From NCBI GenBank assembly GCA_020833025.1, contig JAJHRB010000017.1, positions 1 to 25,837 of the forward strand: a stretch of 25,837 bases of DNA, written 5' to 3'. The stretch comes from Thermoproteaceae archaeon (GTDB lineage: Archaea > Thermoproteota > Thermoprotei > Thermoproteales > Thermoproteaceae). Of this stretch, positions 17,899-25,688 are shown one piece after another. The notes under the pieces are model-generated. The model saw nothing but the letters and a program-made list of their open reading frames with translations. It was not told the DNA's origin and ran no database searches. The position numbers and the translations under genes are program-made. How positions within the stretch are numbered: the stretch's first letter is position 1; each line of letters begins with the position of its first letter.

Positions 17899-18930
17899 AT
17901 GTCAGCAAACACTTCACAGGCACCGGGAGGCTCCCAGACCTCTGGGTCTGTTTTGAGGCCGCTCAAGCTGCGCGTGAGCGCGGGTGAGAGTGGCTATTTA
18001 AGCCTTACCACCGACACGGGTGAGAAGTACCAGTGCCCGGTGTGCTACAATGACAAGTTTATCTACAATTACGAGCGCGGCGAGGTTGTCTGTATAGTCT
18101 GCGGGTCTGTAGTGCAAGACCAGCTAGTAGACCTGGGGCCTGAGTGGAGGGCGTTCACGTCTGAAGAGAGGGGGCAGAGGGCACGCACCGGCGCGCCGCT
18201 CACCAGGCTCACGACGGAGTCTCTCACAACGATTATAGACTGGAAGGACAGGGACGTGTCTGGCAAGGAGCTTGACATAAAGCGGAAGCTAGAGGTAATA
18301 CGTCTGAGGAAGTGGCAGACCAGGGCGCGCGTGCAGACGTCTTACGAGAGGAATTTCATCCAGGCGGCGCAGGAGCTGGAGAGACTCAAGAGCGCAATGG
18401 GCGTGCCGAGACCGTGCGTAGAGCAGGCGCTTGAAATATACCGGCTGGCTCTCGAGAGGGAACTCGTCAGGGGGAGATCCGTTGAGGCGATGACCGCCGC
18501 TGCGCTGTATATGGCGTGCAGAATACTGAAAGTACCAAGGCCGCTGGACGAGATTATCAAGTACACCAAAGCGTCCAGGCGTGAGATAGCCAGGTGCTAC
18601 AGGCTGCTGCTGAGGGAGCTTAACGTCAGGGTTCCCCTAAGCGACCCAATACTATACATCCCGAGAATAGCCGAGCAGCTGAAGCTGAGCGGCGAGGTCG
18701 TCAAAACGGCAATTGAAATACTGCAAAAGGCAAGAAAGGCCGGTATAACTGCCGGCAAGGACCCGGCAGGTCTCGCCGCCGCGGCAGTCTACATCGCGGC
18801 GCTGCTCCACGGCGATAACAAGGCCCAAAAGGACTTCGCCGTGGCAGCCGGCGTCACTGAGGTCACTGTGCGCAACAGATACAGGGAGCTCATGAAAATG
18901 CTGAACTTCAAGATTCCAAACAAGCAATAG
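17899..18930 (+). CDS. tfb: Transcription initiation factor IIB (TFB)
   Basis: Zn ribbon CPVC...CIVC, GPEWRAF B-reader, two cyclin folds (RGRSVEA..AAALY.ACR; GKDPAGLAAAAVY), AGVTEVTVRNRY. Confidence 0.95.
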   Translation: MSANTSQAPGGSQTSGSVLRPLKLRVSAGESGYLSLTTDTGEKYQCPVCYNDKFIYNYERGEVVCIVCGSVVQDQLVDLGPEWRAFTSEERGQRARTGAPLTRLTTESLTTIIDWKDRDVSGKELDIKRKLEVIRLRKWQTRARVQTSYERNFIQAAQELERLKSAMGVPRPCVEQALEIYRLALERELVRGRSVEAMTAAALYMACRILKVPRPLDEIIKYTKASRREIARCYRLLLRELNVRVPLSDPILYIPRIAEQLKLSGEVVKTAIEILQKARKAGITAGKDPAGLAAAAVYIAALLHGDNKAQKDFAVAAGVTEVTVRNRYRELMKMLNFKIPNKQ

Positions 18931-18934
18931 CCGG

Positions 18935-19252
18935 ATGGAGGAGCTCGTCATTTCGGCAGAGGTTCCAGAAGAGCCGTTTAACGGCGGCCATGTTGTCCTG
19001 AGACTTAACAAGTCTATTTTTAATCTCAGTGCCGATGAGCTTGTAAAGCTCAAGAGTAAAATAGATGCGATAATAACAGTAGAAAAGAGCAAGATGAGGC
19101 CAGAGGGCTTTAACATACACATCCTAGATAGAGAGATTCACGTAATACCGCGCTGGTGCGGCGACATAAACGTGGCGTTCTTCGGGGGCGTTAAAGTAGT
19201 GCCTCTCTCGCCTGACGACGTCAGGAAACTAGTCATTGATGAAATTAAATGA
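18935..19252 (+). CDS. Hypothetical protein
   Basis: 105-aa ORF starting 4 bp after tfb; overlaps the next ORF (ATGA). Confidence 0.6.
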   Translation: MEELVISAEVPEEPFNGGHVVLRLNKSIFNLSADELVKLKSKIDAIITVEKSKMRPEGFNIHILDREIHVIPRWCGDINVAFFGGVKVVPLSPDDVRKLVIDEIK

Positions 19253-19602
19253 ATATAACTCGTGAGCTGCTCTCGCTAGTCATTATCCTTGTTTTGGGAG
19301 TTTACTTCCTGAGCAGGCTGAGCCACGACTGCAAACTTGTGAATATACTCAAGAGATACCCGCTGCCGCAGGCAGTGAGAGGCGAAAGTCTCATAGATCT
19401 CAGCAAGCTTTTTGTGTTCGTTCAGGGAGTTGATTACACGGTTAAAATGACAGGCTCGGTGCAGGCTGAGGCGTCCAGGCACGCCGTAAAAGTGCTGGGC
19501 GGCACCGGCGAGATTGTTATAACCTTGACAGCGCGGGGCTATACTGGAGTTTACACCGTGAGGAGGGTAGTGAGAGTCCTCGCTAGCCCATCAACTGCCT
19601 GA
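19249..19602 (+). CDS. Hypothetical membrane-anchored protein
   Basis: N-terminal hydrophobic helix LLSLVIILVLGVYFL followed by a beta-rich soluble part. Confidence 0.6.
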   Translation: MNITRELLSLVIILVLGVYFLSRLSHDCKLVNILKRYPLPQAVRGESLIDLSKLFVFVQGVDYTVKMTGSVQAEASRHAVKVLGGTGEIVITLTARGYTGVYTVRRVVRVLASPSTA

Positions 19603-19891
19603 TCAGCTGTAGCATTTTGGCGTCCCACACCACGAGCAGCACGTACGCCAGTATGAGAGCCCACAGTACAGATACCATGGACAGCGCGAGCCCTATTACG
19701 TCCACCAACAGCATGAGAGCCGCGAGCGTAAAGGCCACCTCCACCTCTCGCACCGCCCACACTATAGGCACGGACAGCGCCGTGAGAATCCAGCTCAGCA
19801 ACAGCACGGGGTCCGCGTTTGTCGTGGCGAAGAGCGTGGCTAGCAGCATTGCTAGTTTAAGTACCGATGTCACCACGAATATTTGGTGCAC
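19583..19891 (-). CDS. Small multi-pass membrane protein (about 4 hydrophobic segments)
   Basis: Almost entirely hydrophobic. GTG19891 (or TTG19894) lies about 21-28 nt from a TTTAAT element at 19918-19913. Confidence 0.6.
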   Translation of the reverse strand: MHQIFVVTSVLKLAMLLATLFATTNADPVLLLSWILTALSVPIVWAVREVEVAFTLAALMLLVDVIGLALSMVSVLWALILAYVLLVVWDAKMLQLIRQLMG

Positions 19892-19966
19892 CAATAAAGC
19901 GCCGCGCCGCGAATTAAACTATTTGCGGCGCACCAAGTTTATTAACGCCGGAGCGGGAGTGTGGAG

Positions 19967-20452
19967 ATGCTGCCGGCGCCAAAGGCGCTCGTCAAAGTGC
20001 CCTCCAGACGCAGTGGAGCCGCCAAGTGGAGAGAGGGCAGGGGCTTCTCCATCGGCGAGATAGAGGCAGCTGGGCTCAGTGTGAGCCAGGCCAGGCTTCT
20101 CGGAATACCGGTAGACAAGAGGAGGAGAACTGCGTGGCCCCGTAATGTAGAAACGCTGAAGAAGTGGCTTGTTGACCTGCTCGAGGGGGGTGGCAGGCCT
20201 CCCGAGCCGACTCATCTGAAAGTCGTGCTTGTTAAGCGGAAGCGCGGGAGAGCCTTCAGGGGTCTGACGGCTGCTGGCAGGAGAGCGCGCGGGCTGCTCT
20301 CTGTCAGCTACGGGAGGACTCACAATTACAAGTTCAAGAGGAAGGCAAAAGAGAGAAGACTCAGGAAGAGGCACGAGGCGACGAGAGGCCTCGGCAACAT
20401 GCTGAGAGTTGCTAGGATTGTAAACGAGACGAAGGAGAAGAACAAGGACTAG
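19967..20452 (+). CDS. rpl13e: 50S ribosomal protein eL13 with C-terminal extension
   Basis: WREGRGFSIGEIEAAGLS..QARLLGIPVDKRRRT...NVETL. ATG19967 is favoured by TTTATTAA (19938-19945). Confidence 0.88.
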   Translation: MLPAPKALVKVPSRRSGAAKWREGRGFSIGEIEAAGLSVSQARLLGIPVDKRRRTAWPRNVETLKKWLVDLLEGGGRPPEPTHLKVVLVKRKRGRAFRGLTAAGRRARGLLSVSYGRTHNYKFKRKAKERRLRKRHEATRGLGNMLRVARIVNETKEKNKD

Positions 20453-20648
20453 GGCAGTCTGGCGCCTCTGTCTGACCCCCTGTCCTGAGGCGCGCGGCGC
20501 ACTACAATTCTGGCAGGAGAGGCCCCCGAAGTGCGGAGGGGAGTTGGGGGGCACTAAGGGACACAACTCCAGCCCCCCCTCTTTTTAACTCCAGCCCGCC
20601 GTAAATGACGGGGCTTTCAATTGTAAGAGTGCGGGCCCGCGGAAGCGC

Positions 20649-21359
20649 TCACCTAAATTGCTTCAAACTTCTGAGCATTTCCTCGAGTTTCATTTCAGTA
20701 ACCGCCAGCGGTATGCGCTCTCGCCTCGCGATTTCGACAGCAAGAGGGTCCACAGCCTCGGGCTTGAGTCCGTGCAGCACGACTATTGCAGGCTTTATGC
20801 TGAGCACTGACGACATCGACTTAATTGCTACGAGCGGCGACCTGCCTGTTGACACCCGGGTGAATATCGCGGCGCGTTGAGACGTCGTGCCGTAAAGTCT
20901 CAGGTAGTCAGCAGACGGCACCTCGAGGACCAGTCTCACGCCGTCAACTACAGTGTAGCCGTAAACGCCGCAGCCGGGCAGCGGGCTCACAATAATCTTT
21001 GCCTCTATTGCGTCGAGAAACTTCGATGTTGGCACCGGCTCTGTAAACTCTCTCATGTCGAGTACTGCAGTCCACAGTCTCTCTCCCAGCAGTTGCTGCT
21101 CCAGCAGGCGGACAATGGCGCCACCGCGCTCGAGGTCGGACTCTATCAGCGTCTCGACAAACCTCTTGATAAATTTAGAGCCGGGGGACTTCCTCCCTGA
21201 CTCGTAATCGCTAATCACGCTGGGCGACGTACCCAGCCTTGCTGCCAGCGCGGTTTGCGTTAGCCCAAAAATGAGCCTCCACCTCCTTAGCGCCTCGCCC
21301 GGACTCTCCGACATGATTATATCGCCGGCTATATGAATGCCAACGCGCCTGTAATTCAC
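20649..21359 (-). CDS. XRE-type HTH transcriptional regulator (COG1709-like)
   Basis: IAGDI..S..PGEALRRWR..FGLTQ..LA..LG.SPSVISDYESGR.SPG, with C-terminal RAAIFTRVSTGRSPLVAIK. GTG21359 fits TTTTAAA at 21388-21382 (the ORF track starts at TTG21368). Confidence 0.8.
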   Translation of the reverse strand: MNYRRVGIHIAGDIIMSESPGEALRRWRLIFGLTQTALAARLGTSPSVISDYESGRKSPGSKFIKRFVETLIESDLERGGAIVRLLEQQLLGERLWTAVLDMREFTEPVPTSKFLDAIEAKIIVSPLPGCGVYGYTVVDGVRLVLEVPSADYLRLYGTTSQRAAIFTRVSTGRSPLVAIKSMSSVLSIKPAIVVLHGLKPEAVDPLAVEIARRERIPLAVTEMKLEEMLRSLKQFR

Positions 21360-21436
21360 AGGCCGCAAGGCGCTGGCCGCATTTAAAATCTCCGCGCCGG
21401 CCCTGCGGGCTCTGTAAAATTAAAAACGCTAATGGA

Positions 21437-22429
21437 GTGCTAGCAGTGCTCAACAAGGACGAGCTCATACAGAGAATCCGCAGCATAAGCGCCCAAATTG
21501 AAAGCGCTCAGAAACAGATAGATGAAATATCCAGCGCGATAAACTCCAGGAGGGCGGCGCTGGACAGTATTAGAAAGCAGCTGGCAGAGGTGAGGGCCGG
21601 CATAGAGGAGCGGCGCGGCGAGCTCCAGCGCATCAGAAGTGAGATAGACGCGCTCGCGAGTAGGAAGAGCCAGATCGTAAGTAAGATCAGAGACCTCAAG
21701 AGAGAGCTCGCGCAAATAAACGCCGCCCTGCGCGACTGCCGGGGCAAGCTCGCGGCCCACAGGAGGCTGCTCGCGACGCTGGGCGCCGGTCGGGAGGCGC
21801 TCGACAAGGAGAGGCTGAGGCGCGTTATGGAGCAGCTGGAGGAGCTCTTCGAGACGTCACCCTCAGACCCCGAGCGCGAGCGGCAATTCATAAGGTACAT
21901 GAGCAGAGTGGAAAGAGAGCTCAGCGTGCTGGACGCCCTCGAGAGAGTAAGGGCTTGCATTTCTGAGCTTGAGGCTAAAATCAGTGAATACCTCAGAAGG
22001 CGCGACCAAATTGGGAGCGAGATTAACAGGCTCGTGCAAGACTTGAATTCCGTGAGGGGCGAGCTCTTGCGGCTGCGCGAGACAAGACAGAGGGGCGTTG
22101 AGGAGCTCGTGAGACTAAAGGAGAAGAGGGACGAGCTCAAGAGGCGGCGCGAGGAGATCAAGGCTGAGATAGTGCAGCTAGCGCTTAAGCGCAAGGAGCT
22201 CGTGAGCAGGAAGATGGAGGCAGAGGAAGAGCTCAAGAAGTACGCCATTCTGATGAGGGCCGTCGAGCTCGCAGAGAGGGCTAGGGACAAAGTGCAGGCA
22301 CAAGTCGCGGCCGCGCAACTGGCCAGGCAGCGGGGAGAGGCTCTCCTCGGCAAGCTGCTCGGCGGCGAGAGAGTGTCGTACGACGAGCTTAAACTGCTCA
22401 TAGATGCCGGGCTGCTGGGCGAGGAGTAG
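21437..22429 (+). CDS. Long archaeal coiled-coil protein (COG1340-like)
   Basis: Continuous heptad-rich E/K/R/L sequence broken by LEELFETSPSDPERERQF and ending in GERVSYDEL. The start may be GTG21446. Confidence 0.7.
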   Translation: MLAVLNKDELIQRIRSISAQIESAQKQIDEISSAINSRRAALDSIRKQLAEVRAGIEERRGELQRIRSEIDALASRKSQIVSKIRDLKRELAQINAALRDCRGKLAAHRRLLATLGAGREALDKERLRRVMEQLEELFETSPSDPERERQFIRYMSRVERELSVLDALERVRACISELEAKISEYLRRRDQIGSEINRLVQDLNSVRGELLRLRETRQRGVEELVRLKEKRDELKRRREEIKAEIVQLALKRKELVSRKMEAEEELKKYAILMRAVELAERARDKVQAQVAAAQLARQRGEALLGKLLGGERVSYDELKLLIDAGLLGEE

Positions 22430-23463
22430 TGCGCGTACTGGTACTTTACGTTGACAGAGACGGGGACTTGAAAAAACAGGGATTTGAGACTCCCGTTATC
22501 GGGAGGGACGAGGTTCTGAGGCTCGGCATAAGGTATATCCTGGAGAGCCCCGACGACTCTGACGCCAATGCAATATTCGCAGCGGTGAAAATTTACGACA
22601 GGCTGGCAGCTGAGTACGGGAGGGGCGGCGTGAGCGTCGCAGTTGTAAGCGGCTCGCCGGACGAGAGCGTGGCGAACTTGGTGGTCATCAGGGAGCTCGA
22701 GCAAGTGCTCTCTGTATTTGACGCCGATGTAATATACTTCGTCTCGGACGGCCCCAGTGACGAGGCAGCAGTTCCGGCCGTGCAGACAAAGAGACCAGTG
22801 ATATCCGTGCACCGAGTGATAGTGAGACAGGCCAGGGGTGTGGAGGAGACCGTGGCGCTGTTCAAGCATTACTTCAACAAGGCCGTGAAAGAGCTGAGAT
22901 ATCGCAGGTACATCATCGGCGTCCCGGCGTTCCTGGCATTCGTGCTAATGCTGGGAGCTGCAATAAACCTAGAGCTGATGAGGCGCATACTTGAACTATC
23001 CTCGCTCTTTCTTGTGTTCCTCATAGCGCTTTATGGACTAGGGATATATGACTTCCTCAAGAGAGTTTTCGTAAAGTACGAGATAACTTTCATGACAGTT
23101 GTGATCTTTACCTTCACGCTGACAGTGTACTTCGTGTCTGCCATAACGCCGTACGGCTGGATTCCGTACGGCGCCGTGATCGTAACGTCGGCACTGCCCG
23201 GCATATCTTACGTCGTGGAGAGCTATCACGCAGAGAGAAGGCTGAAGTACGGCGGCATTGTTGCGTGCTGCATTGTGGTCTCGTTCTTCTGCTTCCTGCT
23301 CCCGGTGCTTCTGAGGCCGCGCGTTGATCTGGCAGAGCTCATGGCCTCGTTTGTGCTCTTCTTGCTGGTGTCTGGCGCGGCTGTTCTTGCAGTGCGCGTG
23401 GCAAGGCGGCTGGCGGGAGGCCCGGGCGGTGTTATTAAGAGGCGCCGGGATCTAACCGCGTGA
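22429..23463 (+). CDS. DUF373 (COG2237) membrane protein
   Basis: VLYVDRDGD, PVIGRDEV, PDDSDANAIFAAVKIYD, FVSDGPSDE, VIVRQARGVEET, then about 6 transmembrane helices. 1-bp overlap with the upstream gene. Confidence 0.85.
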   Translation: MRVLVLYVDRDGDLKKQGFETPVIGRDEVLRLGIRYILESPDDSDANAIFAAVKIYDRLAAEYGRGGVSVAVVSGSPDESVANLVVIRELEQVLSVFDADVIYFVSDGPSDEAAVPAVQTKRPVISVHRVIVRQARGVEETVALFKHYFNKAVKELRYRRYIIGVPAFLAFVLMLGAAINLELMRRILELSSLFLVFLIALYGLGIYDFLKRVFVKYEITFMTVVIFTFTLTVYFVSAITPYGWIPYGAVIVTSALPGISYVVESYHAERRLKYGGIVACCIVVSFFCFLLPVLLRPRVDLAELMASFVLFLLVSGAAVLAVRVARRLAGGPGGVIKRRRDLTA

Positions 23464-24143
23464 TGCGCTGCCGCGTCGAGCTGAGCCGGCGCCATCCCTG
23501 TCTCTCGCTTGAGGAGGCGTTAGCACTCGCCGAGGTCGGCAACTGCACGGCCGGGATGCTGGGCGAGCGGGCGGCGGAGTTCGTCTGCCCGTCCTGCGGC
23601 GTGTTCCACAGAGCGGCGCTCGCCAGGTCTATTAACGGCAGGAGGGTGAGGAAGGAGAGACCAAGCTTAGAGCGGCTGCCGAGAACGCTGGATCACATAA
23701 CTGCCAGGCTTATGGTAAATCTGGCCCGCGTGACTCGCGGCAGTAAGGTGTGGGAGCCTTTCGTCGGCAGCGGCGCCATAGCGCACGAGGTTGAGAGGGC
23801 GGGGGGTTACGTCGTCGGGAGCGACACAGATCTCAAGGCACTGCACGTTGCAAGGCGCAATACCTGCGGGGACTTAGCGCTCTCGAGCGCCACGCTGCCC
23901 CCGCTCAGGGGCGGCTTTGATGCCGCCGTCGGCGACCCGCCCTACGGGCGCCTCACCAAGTCCTCCACAACCGTGAGGGCGCTGCTCTACGCGTTCTTAA
24001 ATGCCGCGCTCTCCGCGGTCAAGCCCGGCGGGTACATTGTTTTCGCGTCGCCAATTTACGTTGACCTGCCGTACCTCAAGAGCTGCGCAATGTATCTTCA
24101 TAGCGGGCTGTATAGAGTCGTGTACATCACTAGGGCAGGCTAG
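23460..24143 (+). CDS. Class I SAM methyltransferase, Trm11/TrmG10-like catalytic domain
   Basis: RP..LPRTLD..TARLMVNLA, WEPFVGSGAI, VVGSD, GDPPYGR. Confidence 0.75.
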   Translation: MMRCRVELSRRHPCLSLEEALALAEVGNCTAGMLGERAAEFVCPSCGVFHRAALARSINGRRVRKERPSLERLPRTLDHITARLMVNLARVTRGSKVWEPFVGSGAIAHEVERAGGYVVGSDTDLKALHVARRNTCGDLALSSATLPPLRGGFDAAVGDPPYGRLTKSSTTVRALLYAFLNAALSAVKPGGYIVFASPIYVDLPYLKSCAMYLHSGLYRVVYITRAG

Positions 24144-24193
24144 GGGCCGGCAGCATAGGCGCGGCGGGGCCGGAAGGTTGCGCAAGAGCACTT

Positions 24194-24700
24194 ATGCGCT
24201 CTAGCTTTTGTATCGCGCGTGGTGCGTGCACTGTGGAGATTGTAGTTGCGGTCTACAATATAAACTCGGCCTCCCGAATGCTAGAATTTGCGAGGGTGTG
24301 CTACGGATTTGGAGTCCGGCGGCTCGTGCTGATAAAGGTGTTCGGGGCAGCCGCGCAGCAGATCGGCGATCTCTTCAAGCTGGCGTTTAAGATGGGCGGC
24401 GAGGTCTTGGTGTTTAACACCATAAATGATGCAGTCGAGGCGTTAAGGCCGGACGCAATATACGCGCTGGGAAAGCCCGACAGGGACACGAGGCCCATCG
24501 AGAGGGCAAGGGGGCGCGTGATGTTGCTCGTGCACGGTACTGACCTCTCATTCTCCCCGAGGGAGCTCCCGCCGGGAGCTTTGTTGTGCCACGCCGTTCA
24601 GAGAGATATTGGCTCAGTGGGCCAGCTCGCCATAGCGCTGTACAAACTGACGGGGCCGGACGAGTTGCAAGAGCGGCGAGATTTAGACTCTAGCCGCTAA
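24194..24700 (+). CDS. DUF2122/COG4080-like SPOUT-fold protein
   Basis: VYNINSASRMLEFARVCYGFG...V.GAAAQ.I.D..KLA.K.G..VLVF..I.DAVEAL.PD. The start may be GTG24233. Confidence 0.6.
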   Translation: MRSSFCIARGACTVEIVVAVYNINSASRMLEFARVCYGFGVRRLVLIKVFGAAAQQIGDLFKLAFKMGGEVLVFNTINDAVEALRPDAIYALGKPDRDTRPIERARGRVMLLVHGTDLSFSPRELPPGALLCHAVQRDIGSVGQLAIALYKLTGPDELQERRDLDSSR

Positions 24701-25040
24701 CAGGAATCCTAATGCCCTCCTCTGCCGCTTTTTTGGCAGTGAACGTCAATACGCCACTTTTATAACTTGCCGACGCGGCAGCGGGGTTTACTCTAGCCGG
24801 CAGGCGTATTACCTTGTAGTACTTTCTGTCGCCGCGCGCACCCTCCACCCTCAGCGTTGTGCCGTCCTTCGATACTACTAAGTCGATGTCCCCAGGCTCA
24901 AGGCCTGGCATCTCTATCTCAATGCGGATTTCGTCCCGGCCCTCAATAATGCGGTAGTCGCGTCTCTCTCCAGTGAGAGTCTCCATTAGCCTCTGGAGAG
25001 AGCGGGCGACCTCGTCCAGCGCCCTCTTAAGCTCTTCCAT
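24690..25040 (-). CDS. hsp20: Small heat shock protein (Hsp20/alpha-crystallin domain)
   Basis: EIRIEIEMPGLEPGDI, YYKVIRLPARV, ASYKSGVLT, IRIPV (IXI motif). ATG25040 fits CTTAAAAG at 25069-25062. Confidence 0.9.
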   Translation of the reverse strand: MEELKRALDEVARSLQRLMETLTGERRDYRIIEGRDEIRIEIEMPGLEPGDIDLVVSKDGTTLRVEGARGDRKYYKVIRLPARVNPAAASASYKSGVLTFTAKKAAEEGIRIPVSG

Positions 25041-25079
25041 GTATATCATGTACCCCGTAAGCTTTTAAGCGTAGCCAGT

Positions 25080-25284
25080 GCTGGGCGGCGCAGGGAATGG
25101 GGAAGCTTACAAGGTCGGAGGAGTGAAGAGGGCTGAGCGGCCGACGGGACGGGCGCACGACTCACCTGGCCGCCGAGTGAGCGCGTCTGGCGATTCCTGC
25201 GGCTGTAATGCTGAGAGGGCTGCGCTGCTTAGAGCGGGGTTCAGGCCAGTAATCTTCACCTTGTGCCATCACGGCCCAGCTTTT
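25080..25284 (+). ncRNA. Candidate structured non-coding RNA of about 200 nt
   Basis: Nested complementary blocks GCTGGGC/GCCCAGC, ACAAGGT/ACCTTGT, GTGAAGA/TCTTCAC, two internal hairpins and a 3' T-run; no convincing ORF. Confidence 0.35.
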
Positions 25285-25379
25285 AATTCGCCGAGGCGCC
25301 TCGCGGCCCAGGCCGCTTCAGGACTCGTGGGCGCGCCTGGCGGCGCTCGCTTTTTAAAGCTCAGCTTCATGCGCGCGCG

Positions 25380-25688
25380 GTGAGCTACAGCCGGGAGCAC
25401 GCTAGAGTCAGGGAAGCAGTTGAGAGGGCGCAGTGCACCCGGGCATCTCCCTATGAGGTGCTCAACTGCGTGCTCGAGACTCTCGAGCGCGTTGGCTATG
25501 CGGCCAGAGATGCTAGAGTACTTGACGCGGACGCGAGGCCTGCGGTGAATTCTGAGGGCGCGAGGTTTATCAGGGTGGAGGCATTTAGAGGCAGTGACCC
25601 TAACACGCACATTTTCACCTTCGCTCTGATAAAATTCGGCACTACTTACAAGCCGCTATGGCTTCAGTCAGCCGTTGTGGAGAGGTAA
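25380..25688 (+). CDS. Hypothetical protein
   Basis: 102-aa ORF with TTTTTAAA (25351-25358) 22-29 nt upstream; its stop overlaps the next ATG. Confidence 0.7.
   Translation: MSYSREHARVREAVERAQCTRASPYEVLNCVLETLERVGYAARDARVLDADARPAVNSEGARFIRVEAFRGSDPNTHIFTFALIKFGTTYKPLWLQSAVVER

Noticed and set aside
19919-20566. 215-aa minus-strand ORF
   Set aside because: Antisense to rpl13e, with no recognisable motif.
21508-22869. 453-aa minus-strand ORF
   Set aside because: Antisense shadow of the coiled-coil and DUF373 genes; its S/L-rich composition mirrors their GAG/AAG codons.
25238-25272. Possible box C/D sRNA on the minus strand (GTGATGG or GTGAAGA ... CTGA)
   Set aside because: Only one CTGA, a guide of 8 nt, and no second C'/D pair.
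25080-25284. Type-T RNase P RNA or SRP RNA identity for the structured region (also considered for 20453-20617)
   Set aside because: No P3 hairpin or bulged-U P4 with proper CR-I/CR-V order, and no SRP helix-8 motif.
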